64,000 nt of DNA from an uncultured Phycisphaerales bacterium (GTDB lineage Bacteria > Planctomycetota > Phycisphaerae > Sedimentisphaerales > Anaerobacaceae), in assembly GCA_963772725.1 (NCBI GenBank), contig CAVYYI010000002.1:64001-128000 (forward strand). The letters run 5' to 3'. The position numbers were made by a program, and so were the translations under genes. Positions 42,059 to 53,595 of this stretch are shown here, piece by piece (the first letter of the stretch is position 1; each line of letters opens with the position of its first letter). Under the pieces are notes generated by a model. That model did no database searches. It saw nothing but the letters and a program-made list of their open reading frames with translations, and was not told where the DNA came from.

Positions 42059-45000
42059 GTTTCAATCCACGCTCCCGTGAAGGGAGCGACCGCCGCGAAC
42101 AAAACCACTCCGCCGACACAGGATAAGTTTCAATCCACGCTCCCGTGAAGGGAGCGACGAAGGCCAATAGAGGTACTCTTATCGCCCAGGCTGTTTCAAT
42201 CCACGCTCCCGTGAAGGGAGCGACGGGAATATCAGTACCCGCGTGAAGCACATGAAAATGTTTCAATCCACGCTCCCGTGAAGGGAGCGACATGGAAGCA
42301 ATAGAGGCTGTTTTAAAACACGTGTTTCAATCCACGCTCCCGTGAAGGGAGCGACTTTGATAATCGCGGCCTTTATGTCATTGATAACGATGTTTCAATC
42401 CACGCTCCCGTGAAGGGAGCGACATTCTTATGGGAATGTTGCCTACTTTTATATTATAGTTTCAATCCACGCTCCCGTGAAGGGAGCGACTAAAGAATTA
42501 CATCAACCTCACTTAAATCATAATGTTTCAATCCACGCTCCCGTGAAGGGAGCGACGGGTTGGCAGGCGAAGGAGATGTCAGATACTATGCGTTTCAATC
42601 CACGCTCCCGTGAAGGGAGCGACCCAGGACGAGACTCTTCAATACTCAAGCTGATGTTTCAATCCACGCTCCCGTGAAGGGAGCGACCCAGGACGAGACT
42701 CTTCAATACTCAAGCTGATGTTTCAATCCACGCTCCCGTGAAGGGAGCGACAGATTGATGTTGTTGTAATATTTTGTAATAAAAAGTTTCAATCCACGCT
42801 CCCGTGAAGGGAGCGACCACGCTTACGCCTGGAACGCTATAAGCTACGACTTGTTTCAATCCACGCTCCCGTGAAGGGAGCGACAGCAGGGTATCTTTGA
42901 GGAATGGGTCTGTTGTATTGTTTCAATCCACGCTCCCGTGAAGGGAGCGACGCGGTTGCTGGAGGCTTGCAAAAAGGCTTATCAAAGTTTCAATCCACGC
43001 TCCCGTGAAGGGAGCGACAGCAGGGTATCTTTGAGGAATGGGTCTGTTGTATTGTTTCAATCCACGCTCCCGTGAAGGGAGCGACGCGGTTGCTGGAGGC
43101 TTGCAAAAAGGCTTATCAAAGTTTCAATCCACGCTCCCGTGAAGGGAGCGACAGCATTCCTTGCACGTCACTTTTCTTATATCGGTTGTTTCAATCCACG
43201 CTCCCGTGAAGGGAGCGACGGGCTTATTTGGCGCGATGAGCATAGGGAATTATCGTTTCAATCCACGCTCCCGTGAAGGGAGCGACAGATTGATGTTGTT
43301 GTAATATTTTGTAATAAAAAGTTTCAATCCACGCTCCCGTGAAGGGAGCGACCACGCTTACGCCTGGAACGCTATAAGCTACGACTTGTTTCAATCCACG
43401 CTCCCGTGAAGGGAGCGACAGCAGGGTATCTTTGAGGAATGGGTCTGTTGTATTGTTTCAATCCACGCTCCCGTGAAGGGAGCGACGCGGTTGCTGGAGG
43501 CTTGCAAAAAGGCTTATCAAAGTTTCAATCCACGCTCCCGTGAAGGGAGCGACGGGCTTATCTGGCGCGATGAGCATAGGGAATTATCGTTTCAATCCAC
43601 GCTCCCGTGAAGGGAGCGACCCGGCCGTGTGCCTGTCAAATAGGGTATCCAAGGTTTCAATCCACGCTCCCGTGAAGGGAGCGACGGCAAAACAATCTTC
43701 AATAAAAAGGAAAATAAAATGTTTCAATCCACGCTCCCGTGAAGGGAGCGACCTTTTCTTGTTAGGCTGTTGATTATAGAATCTGAGTTTCAATCCACGC
43801 TCCCGTGAAGGGAGCGACGTTAAAGTTTCTTCCCATCGGTCTCCACATTTAAGTTTCAATCCACGCTCCCGTGAAGGGAGCGACCAGTTTAGGTCTGGAA
43901 ATGGCTGGCCTTAATGTTGTTTCAATCCACGCTCCCGTGAAGGGAGCGACCCTTTACTGCGAAATATCGAGCAAAAGCAGAATTGTTTCAATCCACGCTC
44001 CCGTGAAGGGAGCGACGATTCTGTTCACTCTTTGAAATCCATTTACAATTTGTTTCAATCCACGCTCCCGTGAAGGGAGCGACTCCGCCAGACGCACCGA
44101 CAGGTCTTGATGCAAGTGTTTCAATCCACGCTCCCGTGAAGGGAGCGACCTGTATTTCGCAACGTTAATTGTGCTATTTTTATAGTTTCAATCCACGCTC
44201 CCGTGAAGGGAGCGACATGGGCCTCAGGCCAGTTCAGCTCAACCGTATCAGCGTTTCAATCCACGCTCCCGTGAAGGGAGCGACAGATGCAAGCGGTAGC
44301 GGAAAAAATTGGTTCGGTGTTTCAATCCACGCTCCCGTGAAGGGAGCGACTCTATCATTTTTAACACGCTCATCGATGAGCGTTAAGTTTCAATCCACGC
44401 TCCCGTGAAGGGAGCGACGCTGCGGGAAAATCCATCAAGGGTGTCTTTACTGAGTTTCAATCCACGCTCCCGTGAAGGGAGCGACCCGTCGCCAAGAAAA
44501 TAGCCACGCTTATTACGCAGTTTCAATCCACGCTCCCGTGAAGGGAGCGACGGCTTAATAGGATGTGCATGCCTACCCAGTATGTTTCAATCCACGCTCC
44601 CGTGAAGGGAGCGACAACACACGAGCGATTAATAAAATCACAGGCAGCCGAGTTTCAATCCACGCTCCCGTGAAGGGAGCGACACCCGAACCAAGGCCGC
44701 TGGTTATTTCTGAGCCATTGTTTCAATCCACGCTCCCGTGAAGGGAGCGACGGCGTATTATTAATCATCCGTTAGCACAACATCCTGTTTCAATCCACGC
44801 TCCCGTGAAGGGAGCGACACGCGGCTTTATCGCGGCGTAGTCGAGTGGAACAGTTTCAATCCACGCTCCCGTGAAGGGAGCGACAGAATAGCCAGCGGGG
44901 TAAATCCATTGAATTATTGTTTCAATCCACGCTCCCGTGAAGGGAGCGACAGCATCGGTGGAACCTGAATAATTTTACAATCAGTGTTTCAATCCACGCT

Positions 45001-48000
45001 CCCGTGAAGGGAGCGACCTCCAGCTGCATCTTCTTGATCTCTTCGAAGACAGTTTCAATCCACGCTCCCGTGAAGGGAGCGACATAACGCGAGGTCTAAC
45101 CGCTTTAGCCCATTTCAAGTTTCAATCCACGCTCCCGTGAAGGGAGCGACATAAACTGAGTACGTCAAAACAACACAGGGTTTGTTTCAATCCACGCTCC
45201 CGTGAAGGGAGCGACGTCTGATTTCAGGCCATTAATCAGTTCGAGTTTTTGTTTCAATCCACGCTCCCGTGAAGGGAGCGACTTCGCCCTTCTCGCTTTC
45301 GGCTTCCTTATAATCGTTTCAATCCACGCTCCCGTGAAGGGAGCGACGTTGAACGCCCTCGTTACATACCCATACAAATCTGTTTCAATCCACGCTCCCG
45401 TGAAGGGAGCGACCATTTTCGCCTCGCTTCCTTTCTCAATTCTGCTTGTTTCAATCCACGCTCCCGTGAAGGGAGCGACGTAAATCAAACGTTAAGCACA
45501 AGTGCCTTTATTGTTTCAATCCACGCTCCCGTGAAGGGAGCGACGAGAAACTGAATCTTTCCTTCTCGAATAAAACTATGTTTCAATCCACGCTCCCGTG
45601 AAGGGAGCGACCGTGGTGAGTTAAATGGATTATTACCTTAAATTATGTTTCAATCCACGCTCCCGTGAAGGGAGCGACACTGGCTGTAAAAAAATATTCA
45701 CCTGTTTTTGGGTTTCAATCCACGCTCCCGTGAAGGGAGCGACGTAAACGCATGGGTGGGATCCTTTAGTGTTCAAGTTTCAATCCACGCTCCCGTGAAG
45801 GGAGCGACAAGCTCACCTGGGATAACATCAGCCCCGATTTTGGTTTCAATCCACGCTCCCGTGAAGGGAGCGACGCCCTGACGACGGTAACCAATTCGTT
45901 TTCTTTCGTTTCAATCCACGCTCCCGTGAAGGGAGCGACAATTCTCCATAATTTCACAAACTCCATTGCCGTTGTTTCAATCCACGCTCCCGTGAAGGGA
46001 GCGACCGTAAATTCGGCTCAGACTACTGCGTTCAATGTAGTTTCAATCCACGCTCCCGTGAAGGGAGCGACGGTTATAATTACACTTACCATTTCATCAC
46101 AGACCGTTTCAATCCACGCTCCCGTGAAGGGAGCGACCATCAGTGTAATCCGTGATTAAAAGATTTTTCTTGTTTCAATCCACGCTCCCGTGAAGGGAGC
46201 GACTAAGGGAATCGTCCTTTGTTTTCTGCCCTTACCGTTTCAATCCACGCTCCCGTGAAGGGAGCGACCAGATACCGGCAATCTTTGCGCACCAGTCTTT
46301 AACGTTTCAATCCACGCTCCCGTGAAGGGAGCGACATTATTCGCAGGTGCGTTATTCTCCTGCTTCACGGTTTCAATCCACGCTCCCGTGAAGGGAGCGA
46401 CAATAGGGGTCTTGACTTTTAAATCAATAGCTATTGTTTCAATCCACGCTCCCGTGAAGGGAGCGACCGCATCCACGTGGAGCAAAAGTTTGAACTGAAA
46501 ATGTTTCAATCCACGCTCCCGTGAAGGGAGCGACCCCGGGCCATGTGTCGGTTCAGGCCAAACAATTGTTTCAATCCACGCTCCCGTGAAGGGAGCGACT
46601 CATCGCTCCAGATGTCCGAGCCGCTGAATACCTGTTTCAATCCACGCTCCCGTGAAGGGAGCGACCTAATTCGCTGAATATCTCTTTGCTTGGTGAAATT
46701 GTTTCAATCCACGCTCCCGTGAAGGGAGCGACTAATCATCCGTTAGCACAACATCCTGACCTTCAAAGTTTCAATCCACGCTCCCGTGAAGGGAGCGACT
46801 CGCGTGAGCCGTGCGTCCCCTGCGTAATCCCTCGTTTCAATCCACGCTCCCGTGAAGGGAGCGACAAGAACGTAAAGCCTCATATAATAGAGTTTTACGT
46901 TTCAATCCACGCTCCCGTGAAGGGAGCGACCGCTCTTTGCGGTTCGTCATTTCTCAAACTAAGCGACGTTTCAATCCACGCTCCCGTGAAGGGAGCGACA
47001 TACCTGCCAGCTGCAATCATCCGTCGTTACGCACGTTTCAATCCACGCTCCCGTGAAGGGAGCGACCGGGCGGCATGAAATTGATTTTGACCAGGAAACT
47101 GTTTCAATCCACGCTCCCGTGAAGGGAGCGACACAGCGAACGGCAGACTTTTGGCGTTGGGCATGAAGGTTTCAATCCACGCTCCCGTGAAGGGAGCGAC
47201 CTTTGGGCATGGTATATAATACTCCTGCAGGTTTGTTTCAATCCACGCTCCCGTGAAGGGAGCGACGCGTCCAAGCGTCCGCTGAGCTATTCCACTATGA
47301 GCGTTTCAATCCACGCTCCCGTGAAGGGAGCGACAGACTGAACCTGGCTAAGGAAATTGGTCTGAGACTGTTTCAATCCACGCTCCCGTGAAGGGAGCGA
47401 CGGTGTAGTGACAACCTATACGCCCGGTGCCGATATTGTTTCAATCCACGCTCCCGTGAAGGGAGCGACCGTTCGCGGTAAAACTCGCAATTCACATCAC
47501 AGTTGTTTCAATCCACGCTCCCGTGAAGGGAGCGACCCTATTGTAGCGGACATGATACAGATTCAGTTATTGTTTCAATCCACGCTCCCGTGAAGGGAGC
47601 GACATGGCCCTGCTGTGGTCTTTATGCTCATGTGTAACGAGTTTCAATCCACGCTCCCGTGAAGGGAGCGACCGAGATGTTCGTGCCGTTTGGTACGCCG
47701 ACATAAATGTTTCAATCCACGCTCCCGTGAAGGGAGCGACTAACTCCACAAAGGCCGGGTGTTTTGACAATGCTGTTTCAATCCACGCTCCCGTGAAGGG
47801 AGCGACATCGAAAGCGATGTTTGGTTCTTTCGAGCGATATGTTTCAATCCACGCTCCCGTGAAGGGAGCGACCCACTTCAAATAATCTTGTTGCAGACCC
47901 AAACGATGTTTCAATCCACGCTCCCGTGAAGGGAGCGACATATGCCTGTAATATCAATATGTTTAGGGATTATGTTTCAATCCACGCTCCCGTGAAGGGA

Positions 48001-51000
48001 GCGACACAAATAATCGACTGTTCAGGAACGGCATTATGCGTTTCAATCCACGCTCCCGTGAAGGGAGCGACGATATTAACGGCGTATGCCGTGTTTGCGG
48101 CTGTACTGTTTCAATCCACGCTCCCGTGAAGGGAGCGACAAGGAGGGCAAGGCTGATGTATCGGCTTGATATTGTTTCAATCCACGCTCCCGTGAAGGGA
48201 GCGACGCGGCTATATGGTGTAAAGAGTCCACCACAGAGGTTTCAATCCACGCTCCCGTGAAGGGAGCGACAATTATTATCGATGTTGATGTAGCAAGCGA
48301 AATGTTTCAATCCACGCTCCCGTGAAGGGAGCGACTTACATCAAGGTCCTCAGCGTCCGTTAAAGCTATGTTTCAATCCACGCTCCCGTGAAGGGAGCGA
48401 CTGTCCTGGATTTGGATTTTAGTCTGTTAAAAGATGTTTCAATCCACGCTCCCGTGAAGGGAGCGACGCGAATCATCTCTGAAATCTGCGTTTGTTGTAT
48501 CGTTTCAATCCACGCTCCCGTGAAGGGAGCGACCTTTCCACCAGTAACGATTTCCATTGAGAAAATGTTTCAATCCACGCTCCCGTGAAGGGAGCGACCC
48601 ATTATCTGCTTACTACTTATGGCAGTAAATTTATCGTTTCAATCCACGCTCCCGTGAAGGGAGCGACCTCGATCGCTTGCGGCAGTTGTATCAAGGCTTA
48701 TGTTTCAATCCACGCTCCCGTGAAGGGAGCGACTTACGAGTTACGGTACAGGCAATAAACCCATTTTGTTTCAATCCACGCTCCCGTGAAGGGAGCGACT
48801 CGAAATCTTCGGTAGGCATGTTCCTATCAACAAAGTTTCAATCCACGCTCCCGTGAAGGGAGCGACATTCCGTTATCGCCTATTACAACAGCGTTAATTT
48901 GTTTCAATCCACGCTCCCGTGAAGGGAGCGACGATATTAACGGCGTATGCCGTGTTTGCGGATATACTGTTTCAATCCACGCTCCCGTGAAGGGAGCGAC
49001 GGCTTAGAGCAATTTGCGGAGGCAATTTAATTATGTTTCAATCCACGCTCCCGTGAAGGGAGCGACCGTCCAAAAACTTCTTTTTCATCTTTCTTTTTGT
49101 TTCAATCCACGCTCCCGTGAAGGGAGCGACATGTCCCAGTCTGGCCACAGCGGCTTAATGCCATTGTTTCAATCCACGCTCCCGTGAAGGGAGCGACCGT
49201 CATTGCCCGACGAATGCAGGCAGTCTCCATTGTTTCAATCCACGCTCCCGTGAAGGGAGCGACGTTGGAGTTTTGCACGATGCAGTAGCAAACAATGTTT
49301 CAATCCACGCTCCCGTGAAGGGAGCGACAAAGGAACAGATGTTCTTAATAGCTGAATATTGTGTTTCAATCCACGCTCCCGTGAAGGGAGCGACTCGTTG
49401 TCGTTGACATGACTTGTAATGTATCAGTGTTTCAATCCACGCTCCCGTGAAGGGAGCGACCTTTTAGCTTATTTGATATACTTCCAGTCATCGTGTTTCA
49501 ATCCACGCTCCCGTGAAGGGAGCGACTAGGTTACTTAGAAATCTCGGATGGTACTTAATGGTTTCAATCCACGCTCCCGTGAGGGAGCGACAGTTTCCGG
49601 CCGCCGCCCTGCTCGGCGTAACTGTTTCAATCCACGCTCCCGTGAAGGGAGCGACGGCGTTTGAACCAAAAACCGCAATATATTGTAGTGTTTCAATCCA
49701 CGCTCCCGTGAAGGGAGCGACGAATGAAAACCTGCAGCCGAAACATGCTGAATACGTTTCAATCCACGCTCCCGTGAAGGGAGCGACAGCAGGATTTGCA
49801 TAAATCTTTTGTGGTCGAAACTGTTTCAATCCACGCTCCCGTGAAGGGAGCGACACTGGCAGAAGTGTCGAGATTAAGACGCTCGAAAGTTTCAATCCAC
49901 GCTCCCGTGAAGGGAGCGACCCACCAACAACAGTTATCACGTCCGATGGTTGTGTTTCAATCCACGCTCCCGTGAAGGGAGCGACTGGCTTTGTCATTGC
50001 TAACAGTATGGGGGACGGCGTTTCAATCCACGCTCCCGTGAAGGGAGCGACAATTATTATCGATGTTGATGTAGCAAGCGAAATTGTTTCAATCCACGCT
50101 CCCGTGAAGGGAGCGACAACTGCTGGAAGCGTGCAAGAAGGCTTATCGAAGTTTCAATCCACGCTCCCGTGAAGGGAGCGACGGATTAGGTGCCTGTGGG
50201 ATGACAGGGTAAAACTGTTTCAATCCACGCTCCCGTGAAGGGAGCGACATTTACAGGATAAATGGTGGGGTGATTATAAAAGTTTCAATCCACGCTCCCG
50301 TGAAGGGAGCGACCCAAACAATAGGCTGACCATCACAGCGTGCAATGTTTCAATCCACGCTCCCGTGAAGGGAGCGACATTCTGCTCTCGGGGGCGGACT
50401 CGGTGCTATTCTTGTTTCAATCCACGCTCCCGTGAAGGGAGCGACAATCGCTAGCGAGGATAGAGCAACGCAGGGATGCGTTTCAATCCACGCTCCCGTG
50501 AAGGGAGCGACTTTAGGTGGGCAAACGGCGTGTCGCTTAATTATGTTTCAATCCACGCTCCCGTGAAGGGAGCGACCCTTTTGAGGACGAATAAAATGCC
50601 CGAAATACTAAGTTTCAATCCACGCTCCCGTGAAGGGAGCGACCTATAGCAAGTATTCCCACAGGCTGGCATCTATGTGTTTCAATCCACGCTCCCGTGA
50701 AGGGAGCGACCGCGAAAGAATAGCGGCGGTTACTGTTGACAAAGTTTCAATCCACGCTCCCGTGAAGGGAGCGACCCTGTGATTTTCCGCCGAAGTCCAG
50801 TATAGACTTGTTTCAATCCACGCTCCCGTGAAGGGAGCGACTATAGCAAGTATTCCCACAGGCTGGCATCTATGTGTTTCAATCCACGCTCCCGTGAAGG
50901 GAGCGACGCTTACGCCCGGAATGTAAGTTAACGCAATGGCGTTTCAATCCACGCTCCCGTGAAGGGAGCGACGGAGAAGATACCGCTGGTAGACGGTCTG

Positions 51001-51369
51001 TGGGCTGTTTCAATCCACGCTCCCGTGAAGGGAGCGACATACGCTTCACTTTCTTGCTATCCTGTTTTCGCGTTTCAATCCACGCTCCCGTGAAGGGAGC
51101 GACCGCTCTCGATAAAATTCGCAGTACACATCGCAGTTGTTTCAATCCACGCTCCCGTGAAGGGAGCGACGCTCGTCCGTGAGCTTTGCCACAGCCTCTT
51201 TGTCGTTTCAATCCACGCTCCCGTGAAGGGAGCGACCATCTCTGAATCGTAATCGCGACCGTTATCGATCTTGTTTCAATCCACGCTCCCGTGAAGGGAG
51301 CGACTCCGCCAGCCAGATTATCGCTCGTGTGGTTTTCGTTTCAATCCACGCTCCCGTGAAGGGAGCGAC
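42059..51369 (-). CRISPR. Type I-C CRISPR array, 141 repeats / 140 spacers by manual count
   Basis: 32-nt repeat GTCGCTCCCTTCACGGGAGCGTGGATTGAAAC (minus strand), 32-37-nt spacers; the repeat at 49561 lacks one base. Confidence 0.99.
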
Positions 51370-51555
51370 AGCATCATGGTAATCTTTTAGCAAATAAATA
51401 CTTATAAGTCAATATTTGCGAAAGATACAAGGTTTGCTACAAACTTCAAGAATTAAATGTTCCCGTTTTTCTCTAATTAACTTGTCAAAGAGCCTTTATG
51501 AAATATGCGAAACCTCCGGTAAATTTATGTGTACTTGGCGTTCGCATCCACTTTT
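51370..51555 (-). promoter_or_regulatory. CRISPR leader
   Basis: AT-rich non-coding region between cas2 and the first repeat, beginning GCGAAC...AAAT..CCGGAGGTTTCGC as in I-C leaders. Confidence 0.8.
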
Positions 51556-51846
51556 TTACATAATTAAAGGGCCCTGCGGGTCATAAGCCGGTTTAGCACC
51601 AAAATGCTCAACTCTTCGTTTCCAGTTACTTCCCAGAAAATAAAACCGCAGGCTGTCCTTTTCTTCGTTTACAATACCAATAAGTTCTTGGCGCAGCGCA
51701 GCCCATTGGGCAGGGTCAACGAGACATTCAAAGACAGAATTCTGGACTCGCTGTCCTTTATTTTCACAGGCTTTTGCGACATGCTTGAGCCGTTTTCTTG
51801 CCTCTGCCGTTTCCGTATTTACATCGTAAGCAACAAGTACCATCAT
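51556..51846 (-). CDS. cas2: Cas2
   Basis: VLVAYDV, GQRVQNSVFEC, DSLRFYFLG. Confidence 0.96.
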   Translation of the reverse strand: MMVLVAYDVNTETAEARKRLKHVAKACENKGQRVQNSVFECLVDPAQWAALRQELIGIVNEEKDSLRFYFLGSNWKRRVEHFGAKPAYDPQGPLIM

Positions 51847-51870
51847 AAATTCACCCCTATAGATGCAGTT

Positions 51871-52902
51871 TTATTTTGAAAAGAACGGCGGATAACCTTT
51901 TAAATCGCCTCTTAAATACCTTGCCAAAAGCAATGCCTGCACGTAAGGTAAAAGCCCAATCTGAACCTTTTCATTTAAGAATGGATGCGTTACCTCTTCC
52001 TGTTTTCTTTTCTGCCAGGCGATTAGAACAGTTTTCCTTGTATCATTATCCATCATGACTGCGCCGGATTCCGTTTTTTTGAAACCATCCGGTTTAATCT
52101 GCTGACGATTCACCAAAGATAAAGCCAATCTGTCTGCCAGATAAGGTCTGAATTCCTCCATCAAATCGAGGGCAAGACTGGGTCTGCCGGGTCTGTCTCT
52201 GTGAAGAAAACCGACAGCAGGGTCGAGGCCTACTGATTCGAGGGCAGATTCAATATCGTGGACGAGAATCGTGTAAAGAAAAGACAGTAGGGCGTTCATA
52301 TTATCAAGAGGCGGCCTTCTGTTTCTATCTCTGAGAAAGAAGTCATTTTTGTTAGCCGTGATTAAATGGTCGAACACATCGAAATAAACCTTTGCCCCTT
52401 CGCCTTCTTTGCCGCGGAGTATCTCCAGCGGCAGATTATGGTCCAATTCGTAGAGAAGATTTCCCAGCAGGCTCGATGCAAAAGTCAGTTGTTGATTGTT
52501 TTCGTTATCCGGCCTGTCTCTTGTAGCACGCAAAAGAACCGTTCGGCAGTTTGCAACTTTGGCGATGATGACTGACTTTGCAATTTCAGCAGAGCATTGC
52601 AAATCGTCGGCCTGCCGATATTGTTCACGTCTTAAAAGGACGTTGCCACGAACCGGGCCATAAACACGAGCGAGAAATCTGCCGTTTTCAGTTAGAAATG
52701 ATAAAGTAACATTTCTTTCTCCGCACAAGCCCATCAAAAATGGACTGCATGAGACCTGTCCGAAACAAACAATGCTGCCGAGGGTATGTATCGGAATGCG
52801 CAGCTTTTCTTCGCTTTCAACTTTAACAAGAACAGTATCGCCTTTTTGACATAAATAGCTTCCCTGCGTGGTAACAAATAATGTGTTAAGCAGTTGTTTC
52901 AT
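51871..52902 (-). CDS. cas1: Cas1, type I-C
   Basis: LLNTLFVTTQGSYL, GNVLLRREQYR, RNRRPPLD, GFLHRDRPGRPSLALDLMEEFR. Confidence 0.97.
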   Translation of the reverse strand: MKQLLNTLFVTTQGSYLCQKGDTVLVKVESEEKLRIPIHTLGSIVCFGQVSCSPFLMGLCGERNVTLSFLTENGRFLARVYGPVRGNVLLRREQYRQADDLQCSAEIAKSVIIAKVANCRTVLLRATRDRPDNENNQQLTFASSLLGNLLYELDHNLPLEILRGKEGEGAKVYFDVFDHLITANKNDFFLRDRNRRPPLDNMNALLSFLYTILVHDIESALESVGLDPAVGFLHRDRPGRPSLALDLMEEFRPYLADRLALSLVNRQQIKPDGFKKTESGAVMMDNDTRKTVLIAWQKRKQEEVTHPFLNEKVQIGLLPYVQALLLARYLRGDLKGYPPFFSK

Positions 52903-53586
52903 TCTACCTCGTTAGATTCGGCCTCTTCTGGTTCTATGGTTTTGGCCTTAGAAAGATAATGCTCAATATCCTTTTCGATACCGGTTATTTCCGGCATACA
53001 GATTTCAAACAGCGAACAGCTTTTGCATTTTTTACCATACTCGGCTTTCGGTGTTATTTTGCTGTCAAGCAATTTGTGTAATTTTTGCGAGGCCTCTTTT
53101 GTCATAATACGTAAGGGTTGTGTAAATATAACATCCTGCCTTCTACGGCTTTTGCCATAATATATGGCTCCAGCTTCAATTGAGCAGTTAAGCATCTCTT
53201 CAAGACAAAATCGCCTGAGCACAAAGCTGAACCTCAAAGCTTGTATCGTGCTTTAATATCCCGCGTTTATATTCGACAGGGAAAACTTTCCAATAACCTT
53301 TTACGCCTTCAAGCGTTATTCCTTCATCGCTTTTGCGAAACTCAACGACATCAGCTACGCCCGACAGACCTAACCTGTAAGAGGCAAGCCGTAACGAACG
53401 AACTATCCGCAAATCCGCCCGCGATTCGCTGTCGGCACTATGCACATTGTCATGAATATTCCGCCCCTCAGCCGTAAAAATATTCTCCTGCCAGATGTGT
53501 TCAATATGAACCAAAGCGCATCGCCGTTCACAAAACATTAAATGCTGTAAGGCAGAAATCGCAAGCAAATTGTCTTCGGAATACAT
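52899..53586 (-). CDS. cas4: Cas4, split by an extra T near 53210
   Basis: ISALQH..FCERRCAL, GVADVVEF, PVEYKRG, QLCAQA / CLEEML..C.SCSL.EICMP. Confidence 0.92.
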
Positions 53587-53595
53587 ACTATGCCT

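Noticed and set aside
41988..51211. Many ORFs with VAPFTGAWIET / SLPSRERGLK / VSIHAPVKGAT repeats
   Set aside because: Translations of CRISPR repeats, not proteins
42059..51369. Self-targeting spacers
   Set aside because: None noticed against this window by eye; needs an alignment to exclude
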